Assembly (NCBI GenBank): GCA_907165135.1 | Contig: OU015566.1 | Coordinates: forward strand, 4,712,001 to 4,776,000 | Length of the DNA stretch: 64,000 nucleotides | Reading direction: 5' to 3' | DNA from: Oikopleura dioica | Taxonomy: Eukaryota > Animalia > Chordata | Shown: positions 11,797 to 26,239 of the stretch, in pieces | Numbering within the stretch: the first letter of the stretch is position 1 | Layout of the letters: every line of letters begins with the position of its first letter | The notes under the pieces: generated by a model | The model's database searches: none | What the model saw: only the letters and a program-made list of their open reading frames with translations | Told to the model about the DNA's origin: nothing | Program-made: the position numbers and the translations under genes

Positions 11797-14700
11797 ATGA
11801 GTGAGCCAGAAACAAGTGAAAAAATGGAAACAAACGAGGAAGAAATCGTCGGGAAAAAGACCGAAAAAGATTCAGAAACACCGGAGGCAGAGGCAGAAGA
11901 AGTCGAAAAAAATGGAAGTTCCAGTTGAGCCAGAGTGGGAAGCGCCAACAGGTAAAAATGCCATTCTAGATGAAATTTACGAAGAGTTTTTTTTTAGCCG
12001 ATGAAATGCGCGCTCGCCGACTAAATCGACTTGCCGCTCAGACAAATTCTGCGCCGCAGAATCCAACTCCAAGAGTTCAGCCGCCGCCTGAGTCTCCAAA
12101 AAAGCCAACTATCTCCGACGCGCCGCTAAAGAGAGGCCTTTCTTCGCCGTTGAAAAATCCCCCGGCTTCACATCGACTGAGAACGCTTTCCGGGCCGCAA
12201 AGCGTCAATAGAGTCAGAACGGCGAATGAGATCCTGTCGAGCTTGTTCAACGCGCATGTTGAGTTCTTGCAGTCGCTAAACGAGAACGACTGGATGAAGC
12301 AGCCGATTTGCGACTGCGAAGAAGAATTACTCGCAGAAACGATCACAGCGATTTTGATGAGGGAACTGTATTACTTGTCCCAGAACGATTCCACAGATGC
12401 TGCAGCGGCTCTTTCCAATAATGGTATATATTGAAGCAATTCTTGAGCTCTTAATAATCATCATTCTAGCGATTTATTCGCCGCCAACGTCGAAATTTGC
12501 AAACGGATTGCTCTACCTCGTCAAATGCCACCAGCGCTGCTCGACTCTCATCGCGGAGGGTAGTCCTGCAGAGCAGAAATGCGGCCACGCAACTCGTCAA
12601 CTCATCGTCTCCCATTTCGTCCTCGTCTTCAGCGGATTCCTGGGCGTCGACTCGAAGGTCTCTTTCGGCGAGCTTTTCGGAAGACTGATGCTCTCGCAAA
12701 GTCTTTCTGAGGGGCTCCTCCCGGCTGTTCTGGAAGAATTGAACGAGCATGGAAAAGAACTGTTCGATGAGATTTTGACTGACGCCTTGAACGTCATCAG
12801 AATCGCTTCAGAAGTGACATCCTCTGCCTCCGAATACGCCGCATCACCGAGCACCTGTCTTGCAAACCTCGTCCAGTTTGTCCTCCCGGGAACAAAAATC
12901 CGTCCAGTTGTAAGTCTGCTTGTTCAGCGGGAAGACTGGCTCGTTACGGAAACTGAATCGAACCTGGTTGCATGTGAAATGGCTTGCAAGTCGTATTTAG
13001 GCTCGTTTTTGAGCTTTGGTGTTTCGGATGATCCTGATATTTTGGCTTCTTTTACAAATTTGGAGGACATAAATCACAAGTAAGTCAAAGCGCGACCTAA
13101 ATTGATATAAATAAAATTTAGGGTCCGATCTCATATCGCCAAAAACCTCCTTCTGCGCCTCGAAATCCCGCGGCAAAACTTCTTCATCATCATCGAAGGA
13201 ATCCTGAAAAACGGCGATCCAGCTGTCCAGTCCCGCGAGAAAATGGTCTCCTGGCTAGCCGAAATGGCTCAAGTCAACTTGAAACGAGCAGGATTGATGG
13301 CAAACGAGGGACAACTCGCTCCTCTTTCGATGGTGCTCAATATTATGCATGTTTTGCAGCAGATGTCGTCCAAAATCGCGACTTCGAAAATCGACGAAAA
13401 GTATATCTTCAGAAAAACTTGCCGGACAAAGGTATATTTTCTTGTAAATCACTTATTAAAATCAATTTACAGCCGCTGAATGACACGACAATCGCTTCAA
13501 ATAACACGGACCTGGAAAAGTTCTCGAGCTCTCTTCCCGAATCTGAATCAAAGTTTCCCACCGAGTGTTTTTGGCTCACAGTTCTTTATCACCACATTTG
13601 CCTTTCATCCTGGGGTCGGCAAAAAATGGTGGAAGTGGTGGGTGGGTGGGTGGTGGGTGGGTGGTGGTGGGCTTCCCACCCACCACCACCCACCATCACA
13701 ATTCTTCAAAATTCGAAAATGGTGGGAAATGGTGGGTTTTTTTTTGGCCGAAAATTTTGGGAGCCCCAAGTCAAAATTTTGTTCTTGAACAGTTGTTTAC
13801 TAATTAGAGCATTTTGAAAATAAATTGTTCTAGATTAGCAGAATCACTGTTATTGTCATCAATTAGCACTAGAATTTGTTAAACATGGCGTCAGATGGTC
13901 TTGGAACATGGTCTTGGAACATCTCAAACAACAAGTTGTCTGGAGAGAGGTTTCAGTAAGACATCAAGTCTCAAAAGACATCAAAGAGAGAATCTGACGT
14001 ACAAAAGATGTTTAGCGATCCTTCGTGCAAGAGTCTTCAAACGAGCAATAGATTATTTGAAAACTATTTAATATTTAGTTACTTTATTTTCTATATCATG
14101 AATAAATATAATCAAAGAATTTGAGATAAAAGTAATCTATTTTGTATTTTTGGGCCCCGAAAAATTTTATTCAAAATCATCGACCCACCCACCACCCACC
14201 CACCATCACCATTGGAAATTTAACTTTACGAGTGGCCCACCCACCACCACCCACCAGCGATCGGTGGCTTGCCGACCCCAGCTTTCATCGGAGCTGAAGA
14301 GGATAGACAGGAAAATGAAGGAAATGACCCATTATGTCCGTGAGCTCAAGAGGGTCAAAAACTCGAAGCCGAAAAATAACAGCGAAGAAATAAACAAAAG
14401 GTAATGATGAAGGACCAATATTGCCTCCTATTCAATTTTTAAGCTCATCACCCAAAAACTCACGACGATGATCAAAAAGTGCATGCGTGCCATAATCGCC
14501 ACCGAAGCCTACTACCACAATGAGCCCTTCTACGAGCGCACGCTTCATTTTTCGCCAAATTCGCTTCGATTCTCAAGAAATTCATGGTCGGCGGCGATGG
14601 TTACTTTGAGCTCCCTCTTCCGGATCAGCAGCCGCCAGAGTGGTCTAACTTTTTCGAGTGCTTCATTGAGGATTTTATTGAATTTTCGATCTTCATCTCA

Positions 14701-16151
14701 AGACAGGTACTGCCATCTTCATTCTTTCTTACAGGTACATCCTCTCTTACTAGTCCCTCACCGCAATGGTCGTTATTTTCAAAGAGCATCCAGAGTTTGT
14801 CGAGTTCATCACGATTTCCGCCACGTCGCCCAGTTATTATCGAAATCCGTATTTAGTCGCAAAATTCATCGAACTCATTTTCAACCTCCACCCATCGTAA
14901 GAGCGCTCCTGCTTGTTTCATAACTTAATTTTCTCCAAAAGGCACAATACGGCGAACGACCCGATTTGTTTCAACGGAATTGTGCAGCATGAATTTTCGA
15001 AAAAGCGATTAGCTCCTGTTTTGATGAAGTTTTATTCCGATGTCGAGCAGACCGGCGCTTCCAGCGAGTTTTATGATAAATTCTCCATTAGACATCATAT
15101 TCAGGTGATTTCGAGAAGCAAAAATCATCTTATAGACTCCTTTTTTCAGGTGATTTTAATGACAATGTGGAAAGACCCGTACTACCAAGAGCAAATCGTC
15201 TCTATCGCCGAGTCCAGCCCCGAATTCGTCCGTCTAGTCAACATGCTCATCAACGATACGACATTCTTGCTCGACGAAGCGATTTGCAGCTTGAGAAAGA
15301 TCCACGAAATCCAGGAAGAGATGAAAAGCGCCGCCTGGGCGTCCATGGACGAAGAGCAAAAGAGCGAGAAAGAACGGACCCTAATGTCGGAAGAAAGACA
15401 AGTTACAAGTTATCTGACGCTGGCGACGAAGACGCTGCAGACTTTTGGCGAACTGACAAAGGTCATTCAGAAGCCGTTCTTGAAGCCGGAACTGGCCGAT
15501 CGACTGGTGGCAATGTTGAATATCAATTTGAAGCAGTTGTCTGGTGCAAAAGCAAGAGAGCTGAAAGTCGAAAACAAGCAGAAATACAACTGGAAACCCG
15601 AGCAAATGCTTTTTCTTCTCGCTGAACTGTATCTCAACTTACAAAGCGCATCGTTCATCGACTTTGTCGCCAAAGAAGAGCGCAGTTACTCGCCCGAACT
15701 CTTCACCGAAGCCGTCCAAACGATGACGAAAGTGATGAACATCACTCCTTCGTCACAGTTCACCCCAGAACGCATCGCCGAATGGGAAGAGTTTGCCAAA
15801 AGTTGCTCTTCGGCACTCGGAATTGCAGGAAGACGAGGAGGACTTTGAAGACGCGCCGGACGAGTACTTGGATCCGATTATGGGGACACTCATGGACGAT
15901 CCTGTTTTGCTGCCTTTGTCGGGAATGGTGATGGACAGGGGAAACATCATGCGACATTTGCTCAACACGGAAAGTGATCCGTTCAATAGGAAGCGTTTCA
16001 GAGAATATTAGAAAAAGGAAAAGTTTTGCTCTTGAAAGTATAATCTTTTCGAAACTCATGTTAAAGACAGCCAATGACCGCTGCAGATTTGCAGGATCAG
16101 CCTGAGCTGAAAGCAAAGATCGAAGAATACCGTGCCTCCAAGAAGAAATAG
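11797..16151 (+). CDS. UBE4B: Ubiquitin conjugation factor E4 (UFD2/UBE4B-like U-box ligase)
   Basis: [47 protein letters not shown]-box [30 protein letters not shown]. The model needs removal of the MITE at 13610-14281, a GA-AG intron at 15990-16066, and correction of homopolymer indels at 14548-14552 and 15798-15801. Confidence 0.92.
13610..14281. mobile_element. hAT-like non-autonomous element (672 bp) inserted in a UBE4B coding exon
   Basis: 13-bp TIR ctggggtcggcaa/ttgccgaccccag. Perfect 8-bp TSD ctttcatc at 13602-13609 and 14282-14289. Inverted GGTGG/CCACC subterminal arrays. Confidence 0.93.
15990..16066 (+). other. Non-canonical GA-AG intron inside the U-box
   Basis: Only aatag|gaagcg...gttaaag|acag restores conserved DPFNRQPM. 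The nearby GT is out of phase. Confidence 0.85.
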
Positions 16152-16291
16152 ACCCTTCAACAGCAACTCACAGACATGTCAAAGTTATCACCTGCTTTAC
16201 CTTTTTCACAACTCCACCTTAATACACTTGGTTTTAAATAAATATTAATAATAAGTGCTACGATTGGTTTATTTCTATAATTATGCATACT

Positions 16292-19200
16292 TTAGGCTTC
16301 TTCAGACGCCCACAGATCCTTATCACTTTTCATGAACAGGTTGATATTGAGTCCAAAGTATTTATAGAGATCCGATCCAAGATTCGGATATGCTCCGGGC
16401 AGAGGAGCGACGGAGCAAACCACCCCGGGTTTTTTCTTGTTTGACCAGTCGGCAGCAGCGGGAAGGGTACTAGGATCGTAACCAAAGGCGATGCTAGCGG
16501 CGCGGCCCTGCTTGGACAAGAGCTTGAAACCGGGGCGAGAAACGAATGTGTAGATCTTTCCGTACTCGGAAGCTGCTGATTCTGATAGCGGAAGGGCGAT
16601 CTCATCCGTTTTGAGCAATTCCAGCATTGAAGGAGAAGAGGTTTCAAAAGGGCAAGCGACGAGGAGGGTGAACTGAAAGTTTTTTCGTGAATTTATAACA
16701 ATTGTCGCTAATTTTTACCTGCTCAACTCTCCAGCTGTTTTTCGTGATGACCATGTCTCCATAGTATTTATCGTTATACCACGGTTTGAGCTTGAGTTTA
16801 TGAACAGCAAAATTTTCATTTTCGGATGAATACAATTTTACGATTTTGTGCGCTTGAATCGGTGACCAGATCGGCATTTGAGCGTCTTTGAAGCTCACGC
16901 ACTTCGAATTTTTTAGATCAATGAAGAAAATTAACTCTTACTTTTAATTCTCTTGAGAAATCATTCAGGACGCATTTGTCGGAATCGCAGCTGCAAGAAG
17001 CCTTCGCGTAGTTGGAATTGATGTGTGAAAGAAAACCGTCACCGCAAATGACAACGAGTCGTTTTTCTGGAAGAATGATCTCTTCTCCTTGTTGATTGAA
17101 AGTGACATCTTCTTCTTTTTTCGGCTTGAGTCCTTTAGGAAAATTGCTGACGAGACAGCCCTCTGGACTTGAAATCATTGTTGTGGTTGTCATCGTTGTC
17201 GTCGTTGCGGAGTCAGTTGTTGTTTCTTCGCAGTCAAGTAGCTCGAATGCTTTTCCAGTGCAGACTTTTCCAGGGCATTTTCGAAAGCGAATTTGTTTGC
17301 CGTTGACGCATTCTTTCTCGGAGTCACTCCACTCTTCCCATTCAGAGTCTGCCTCAGGAGATTCCGAACACAACGCAAGAAGTTCGAATTTCTCCGGCTT
17401 CTCATAATCCTCTGATCGTAATTTATCAAAATCCATGAATTCATCAAGGAAATTTTTGCAATGAAAGAGCCCATCTTCCATCTCGTCTCCCGTGAAATGC
17501 ATCAGAACCGCGTGTTTGAACTGAGCAAAGTATCCATCTCGAAATTGGACAAAATTATAGAGCCCCAATTCTGGGGAAAATTGCGAATGGTCAGAATCCG
17601 CGATTGCGCTGTAGAAAGAAACAAAGTTGTTCGTAGAAGGGTCAGAGCAGTATTCGGGGATTTGGACGACTTTGATGTCCGAGCAAGAGTAGTCATAAGA
17701 TGCTAGATATAAAAATGATTCAAGAAAAGCAATTTCTACAAACGGCATGATCCGGAGCACTCCTTTTCTTCTTCCTCTTCATCTTCTTCCGTTTCATCGC
17801 ATGCATCTCCCGGGCATTCTCGTTTTCTTGAAATTTTGCCTTCAGACCCACACTCTGCATCACAAGTTGACCATTCTCCCCACTCAGACCAGCTGCAATA
17901 TGAGCCGCATTCCTGTTGCTCGTATGTGCTTTCCGCGCCTAGAAATTATTGTCGAAGGGGATATAGAGCTCACTCTACCATCGCATTGATCCGGATCCCA
18001 GTGGTCACATGATCGTTTTCGAATTTGAGTTCCGACTTCTCCGCATTCATCAAGATCCACATCCTCGCTTTCATCGTTGCTGCACGAACTCCACTCGCTC
18101 CAGGCTCCCATGTGTGGCTCGTAGACTTTTTCGCAAGTGTATCTTCAGCAAAAGAAATATTATCTATACTTGGAAAATCAACATACATGTTGTCGTACAT
18201 CCAGTTGTAGCCTTTTTCATTCGGAGATCCAAGAGCTGGGCATTCTCTGAAGCTCTTGACGTTCAATTTGTCAAGCCAATAAATTGTCTCTGCGTATTTG
18301 TTATGTTGAATCGTTCCCTAAAAAAATAAGGAATTGGAATATCAAGGAAATTACCTCAAGAAGATAATAGTTGCTCAAATGCTGAAAGTAAACAAGCGAC
18401 ATCTCCTCCGGAAAATAATATCCCCCAACGTGCCGCTGAGTACATGTGTAGGCCATCGCATCGTTCACCCAAGATTCAAACTCGCAAGCAATGACATTGT
18501 TCAAATTCGTCTCCATCACAACAGTTCGGCAGCAATCATCATCGCCAACTGAGGGATTCGGTTGGCACTCGTAGCCGTCTTGAAGATCCTTACAGATCTC
18601 GTCTTCTGTGCAATTGTGAGAATTCGACTCGCACTCGTTTTCTGGGATCGTGCAGAAGCCATCCTGGATGATAAAAAGAGGATCAAAAAAAATGGCGTAC
18701 CTTCATGAAATTTGGAGATTTACAAATGCACTCTCCCTGATCAAGTCTGTTCACACAGACTAAATTGCCAGCGCAGACTTCATCCGCGCAGAAATCAGTC
18801 GTGACTGGTTTGACCTTACATGCCACGGCATTTCCTCTATTCCAAACTGTTTGAGGCGGGCACCAATCTCCTCCCTCGATGTCTCCCTTAATATCGTCAA
18901 AATATCGCCAACCGTCAGAAATGTCTTCAGGTTGGGGTCCTTCGCCGACATACCAGGAGCCCGTTTCCATGACAAAATAGATCGACTTGAGATTCAAGAT
19001 GTTTCCGTCGTGGCAAATCCAGCTGTCAAAACCGCGGAATTCTGAGTCATAAACGCACTCTTGTTCATTGAAGAACATCGTTTTGCAACAGCCCATCGAA
19101 GTTGTCCCCCGACAGCTTCGCACGGGCTGAGTTCTCCATTTTCATCTTCTCCGTTCGGGCAATCGCGGAAATTATCACACAAGCGGTCAGTGAACACCGA

Positions 19201-20490
19201 GTGCGTCTTTCCAAGAATATCCGAGGAGGAACATGAGACGGTTTCTTTTTCAAGCGGAGCAGCGCAGTATTTACTGCTCACTTGAATTGCATCTGTTGTC
19301 GTCATTCTGACACCACCTAAAGAGGGATTTAAACAGGGATTTCTCAGAATTGAAAAAACTGACTGGAAAAAGTGACGCCGGTTTTCGTTGTCATTACTGG
19401 ATAATCAGACGAAATTGATCCACAGTAAGAACAGTATGTCATGACTGAAGATATGTCGATTTCATGACCAGTTTCGATCCAAGTATCTCGAGCGATTTTG
19501 CGGAAGTTGTGCGGCGAACTGGCGGCAGAAACGTCCACATTCAAGTAATCATCGCGATCGGGGCGATTGTGCTCGTGATGGACACCCAAAGCGTGCAAGA
19601 TCTCGTGCTGTACGGTCCTTTGTGATGTTCCAGCGCAACCCTCAGAGAGAGCGATAGCCTGCCATGTGCTTGGATATCCGAATCCGCCATCGTTGTAGAA
19701 TCCTTGCGCCACGCCAAGAGCGGAGAAACAACCCGACTGACCGATTTCAGATGCCTTGACGAAAATGATCCCGTTTGTCCATGAAGTATCTTCTCGGCGC
19801 ATTTCTTATTCAGGTTTACCACGAAATATAATATAATATAATATAATATAATATAATATAATATAATATAATATAATATAATATAATATAATATAATATA
19901 ATATCGTTTTTATTTTCAACCCTCTCCTAAACAACCCAAGTCCGGATTCATCTTCAACGCTCCATCCGCTATCTTATCCTTCTCGCTTTCTGACCAAGAG
20001 TTGGAAAAGCCAAAAGGAATGATATTTTGTCCATTCTCGTCGATGTTTTCCCACTGCCCAAAGATCGCGCTGATTCCTCTTCCGAGATCAGGATTGTCAA
20101 TATGATCGGCAGCGCGTTGAAATCCGGTCGTATCGATGCCATCTTCTTCAAATTGTCGGAGGGTAATCGGCGAGTAAAAATGTCGTTTCCGGAGAGCTTC
20201 GGGAGGGAAACCGTTTTCCCTGAATTCTTTTTCGAGGAAGCATGATTCTCCCTGGCTTCTTCATCTTCCCGCTTGCGATTCTCTTCCTTCCGGCTTCGGT
20301 TTCTCTGAACCCCCGAGGAGGAGAAAGCATTTTAGCGTCTTCATTGAACGATCTGAACGATCTCGAACTTCGAGCTCGTCTGTTCAAAAATGAATTGAAC
20401 AAGGCGCGCCCTGGCGAAAGTGATCAGAAGGGATGAAATCCGGCACCGCGGATAAGCCCCACTAAACATGCCCATTCGCGAAATCAAGTA
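16292..20490 (-). CDS. Astacin-family metalloprotease mosaic (astacin, LDLa, EGF, TSP1, CCP-like and unknown domains); 5' end uncertain
   Basis: HEILHALGVHHEHNRPDRDDYL zinc motif and SVMTY Met-turn (19344..19802); LDLa CDNFRDCPNGEDE; EGF CADEVCAGNLVCVNRLDQGECIC; TSP1 WSEWSSC and WEEWSDS..QIRFRKC. Confidence 0.85.
19826..19903. repeat. (ATATA)n microsatellite in an astacin intron
   Basis: About 15 perfect 5-bp units. Confidence 0.97.
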
Positions 20491-20791
20491 CCTGTTTGAT
20501 CTCCAGCTGAATTAAATAAAAGAAATGATAGAAAATCGAGGACCAAAAGAAACTTAATAAATTCTTTGAAAAATATAAAAAACAATTTTCTTAATAAAAA
20601 AAAATTTTTAAAAAATGGAAAAACGGAGAATTTTTTTACAGGTTAAATTCCAAAGTGTCCAAACGATGACTAGTTACGTCAAATGCGCCTCGCAAAAAGT
20701 ACCTTCAGAAAATATTTGCAGCTGTGTTTATCAAGCTTTTATCCTTGCAAAATTTTGCTCTCAGAGCGAAAAAACAGCCTAGAGAATAAAA

Positions 20792-23260
<2,469 letters not shown>

Positions 23261-23391
23261 CTTTTGCCTGACAATGAATCTTCCCTCCTGACATATTTTT
23301 TATCATTAAAAATATTTATTAAAGAAAAGAAAAGCTCAAATTTCTCTTTCATCAGACAGAAAGCAGCCCTCAGAGAAAGATTTTTCTTCGA

Positions 23392-23877
23392 TTAGTTTTT
23401 GAAAAAGAAAAAGATAAGCAGAAGCAAAAGCGCGGAAAACGAGTTCATTTCTCCAGCGGAAGACTCGGTAGAATTCGCAGTGGTAGACTCTACACTGGAG
23501 CAGGGATCAATCTAAAATTCATGGTAAATCAATTTCTCTAAGTTTGAATGTACCAAAGTGCAGCCACTTGGTGCAGCATCTTGAAACGACTGAAAGGAAG
23601 CAGCCAATAGGGCGTCAGGTTGATCACAGTAGTCTTCCACAGCATCAACACTTGCTTGGATCGCTAGTTTTGCAGCATCACATAAACTCTTCAATAAATT
23701 CATGAAAAATGAGAAGCAGATATTTCAGATAATCAGTACCTCATTCACAGCGACAGAAACACTGGAAGCGCTAGCAGTGCTGGCAGTGGCTGTGGTTGTG
23801 GTTGAGGTTGTTCCGGCTACAGTTGAAGTTACAGTTGTTGTTGCCTCCTCGGGTGTAGCGGCTGTCGTCTCGCTCAT
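23392..23877 (-). CDS. Small Ser/Thr-rich protein with a hydrophobic C-terminus (possible GPI anchor); an upstream exon may be missing
   Basis: Three exons joined by GT-AG introns: MSETTAATPEEATTT...VNE|SLCDAAK...CTL|IDPCSS...SALLLLLIFFFFKN*. Confidence 0.6.
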
Positions 23878-24438
23878 CTTTTTCTCGCGTCGATTTTGAA
23901 GATATGGAATTCTTAGAGGTTCGGATCGCGTTGATTTTAAATAGGAATTTTAAGAAAACAAAATTTTAAGCTCCCTGGAATGAATTGAAATTAATCCTCT
24001 TGATCACGCCCGTCGCCTGAGCTATCATTATTCTCCTTGGATAGCTTTTTTTGACAGCATCTGGATTTGAAAAACGCTGTTTTGTCTAAATTTTTCCATG
24101 ATCCAACAATTTTCTTTTCAGTTTTTCACCTTTGAAGAAAAAGCCCCAGAAATCCGGGGCTGTATTTTCAATCAAAACAGACCAAGTGCCGGTTTGTTCA
24201 GTTTTGATTTGTTTGAACGGGGAACGGGACTCCTGATCCCTTTTCGCGAAAATCCGCAGGTGTTCGTGCACCTTGCATCAATTCCTGACATTGTCAAACT
24301 CTTTTTACGAAGCGGGCTTTGTTGCATGTTTTTTGACGTGTTGTGACGAAAAAACAGATCATTGGAAAAAAATTTTCAGAAAAAATTCTTCGAAATTTTC
24401 GATTCGTCTCTAGAAGCATGCTTTATTTTCCTCCTAAG

Positions 24439-24780
24439 TTTGGTACTCCAGCCAGTTGCCAAAAAGCCCGAGCAAAGAAGAAGCTCCTTGCTCGGAGAAA
24501 CTTTCTCGATGCGAGAAAGTTTAAGCCCTTCCTTGAGCCCGTTCCAAGATCTCGAAGGCCAGAGAAGCTCCACTGTCGAGGTAAAAAATCCTCGCTGAGA
24601 AATGAAACTTACCGACAATTTTAGCTAAGACTGTCAAAATACGACTCTTCAGATGAATCACTTTTTGGGAAACGGCGAACGACCATTTCATTCGGTCAGA
24701 ATCAGTTGAAAGAATATGTGCCAGAAGTTGAGTACTTCTGCTGCTGCTTCAAGGATGAAGGAAAAGGGTTGAAAGAATGA
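24439..24780 (+). CDS. Last two exons of an unknown protein
   Basis: GT-AG intron 24581-24624 joins ..QRSSTVE to LRLSKYDSS..EYFCCCFKDEGKGLKE*. The 5' part is unresolved. Confidence 0.4.
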
Positions 24781-25311
24781 AAATATATATAAGAAATATT
24801 TAAATATATTTTATTGTTAATAATTTGTTATAAAAGATTGAATAGAGAGGCCAACGTGAAGAAACCTCCAGGGTTGGAAATGAAGCAGTGTAGTAATGTA
24901 ACAATGTAGCAATCGCTACATTTTTGCTACATGCTGATGTAGCACGTGATAAATTATTACAATTATATTAATTCGAATGTTATTCTTCAGATAGAATCGG
25001 CGATGGAATAGTGTATTTTTTCTACGGACCTCAGAGAAGATCGATGTGATCCATAGCCTATGGACCATAGGTTCATATCAATCATTTGATATCATTATAC
25101 TTATCATTTTTTCTTGTTCATAAAATCAGAAATTTCATCTTAGATTCAAGACTGGTAATCAAGGAGCACGAGCAATTTTTAGACTCAACCTAGCTTCCTT
25201 TTTGGGAGTCCCAAACGAGCGGGTCAAGGAGTGTCTAGTTGAGTTTTTAAAATAATACGTGGGGACCACCGTAAAAATAAATTAACCGTCGACCATGCCA
25301 GATCTAGAATA

Positions 25312-25560
25312 CGCTCGGTTAGAATACCAAATGGTATTCAAATACCAATTTTGGTATTCAAATACCAAAGTCGCCAAAGAATACTAATTTCGCCTACCAA
25401 AAAATGCGAGTGTGCGCTCCGCGCCTGTTCTATAGGAAGATCTAGATGTGATTCACCGGTTTTTCAAGGAAAAAAATTGTTTCCAGTAGAAAAAATTGGT
25501 ATTCGAATACCAATTTTTGGTATTTTTGGTAATTAAAATTTTTGGTATTCTAACCGAGCG
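25312..25560. mobile_element. MITE with cgctcggttagaatacca TIRs and AATACCA/TGGTATT subrepeats
   Basis: Terminal inverted repeats read directly. No clear TSD. Confidence 0.75.
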
Positions 25561-25834
25561 CCCCCGAGCCAGGGTTCGACCCCCTTAATCGAGAATGGTG
25601 ATTTCACATTGAAATCCTCATTCTCGATGAATGAAATTATGAATAAATTCTCATTTTGTTTAAAAAGGGAGAAAATGTGGTGCCACAAATTTTGAAGAAA
25701 AATTATGGTTATCATAACACTTCAAGTTCGAAAATTATTACAAAAAGACATATCAAATAACTTTTCTGCACAAAATCAAGTGGAATAATATTCGTAGGGT
25801 TGACGGTTTTGATAAGTTTTCTGGATGTTTTTAT

Positions 25835-25872
25835 TGATAGATCTTTCGGAGTTCAAGCTCCATCATCAGTCA
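25835..25872 (-). ncRNA. Third hammerhead copy in the inverted pLTR arm
   Basis: Exact reverse complement of 26148-26185. Confidence 0.75.
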
Positions 25873-26147
25873 GGCACTATTAGACAGTTAACAAAAGTTT
25901 AAAATAGTCAGACTTACTCTCAGGAGAAAGCAAAGTTTCTAAAGAGAGAAGAGAGAAAGAGACCGGCGAAATAAGTTATCTAGAGAATAGTTGAGTTTTG
26001 GCGCTCGGAATTCTTTCTCCAAAACTCAACTATTCTCTAGATAACTTATTTCGCCGGTCTCTTTCTCTCTTCTCTCTTTAGAAACTTTGCTTTCTCCTGA
26101 GAGTAAGTCTGACTATTTTAAACTTTTGTTAACTGTCTAATAGTGCC

Positions 26148-26185
26148 TGACTGATGATGGAGCTTGAACTCCGAAAGATCTATCA
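26148..26185 (+). ncRNA. Minimal type I hammerhead ribozyme in the 5' pLTR
   Basis: TGA-CTGATGA-T-GGAG(CTTGAA)CTCC-GAAA-GATC-TA-TCA: conserved core, 4-bp stem II, palindromic AGATCT stem III, 3-bp stem I. Predicted cleavage after 26182. Confidence 0.8.
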
Positions 26186-26239
26186 ATAAAAACATCCAGA
26201 AAACTTATCAAAACCGTCAACCCTACAGATATTTACAAA

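Noticed and set aside
15798-15801. Frameshift just before the UBE4B U-box as a programmed +1 frameshift
   Set aside because: Similar single-base shifts at 14548-14552, 37330-37334, 55556-55561 and 56436-56441 all lie in homopolymers, and each is fixed by one base. This is the signature of long-read assembly error. Short reads would settle it.
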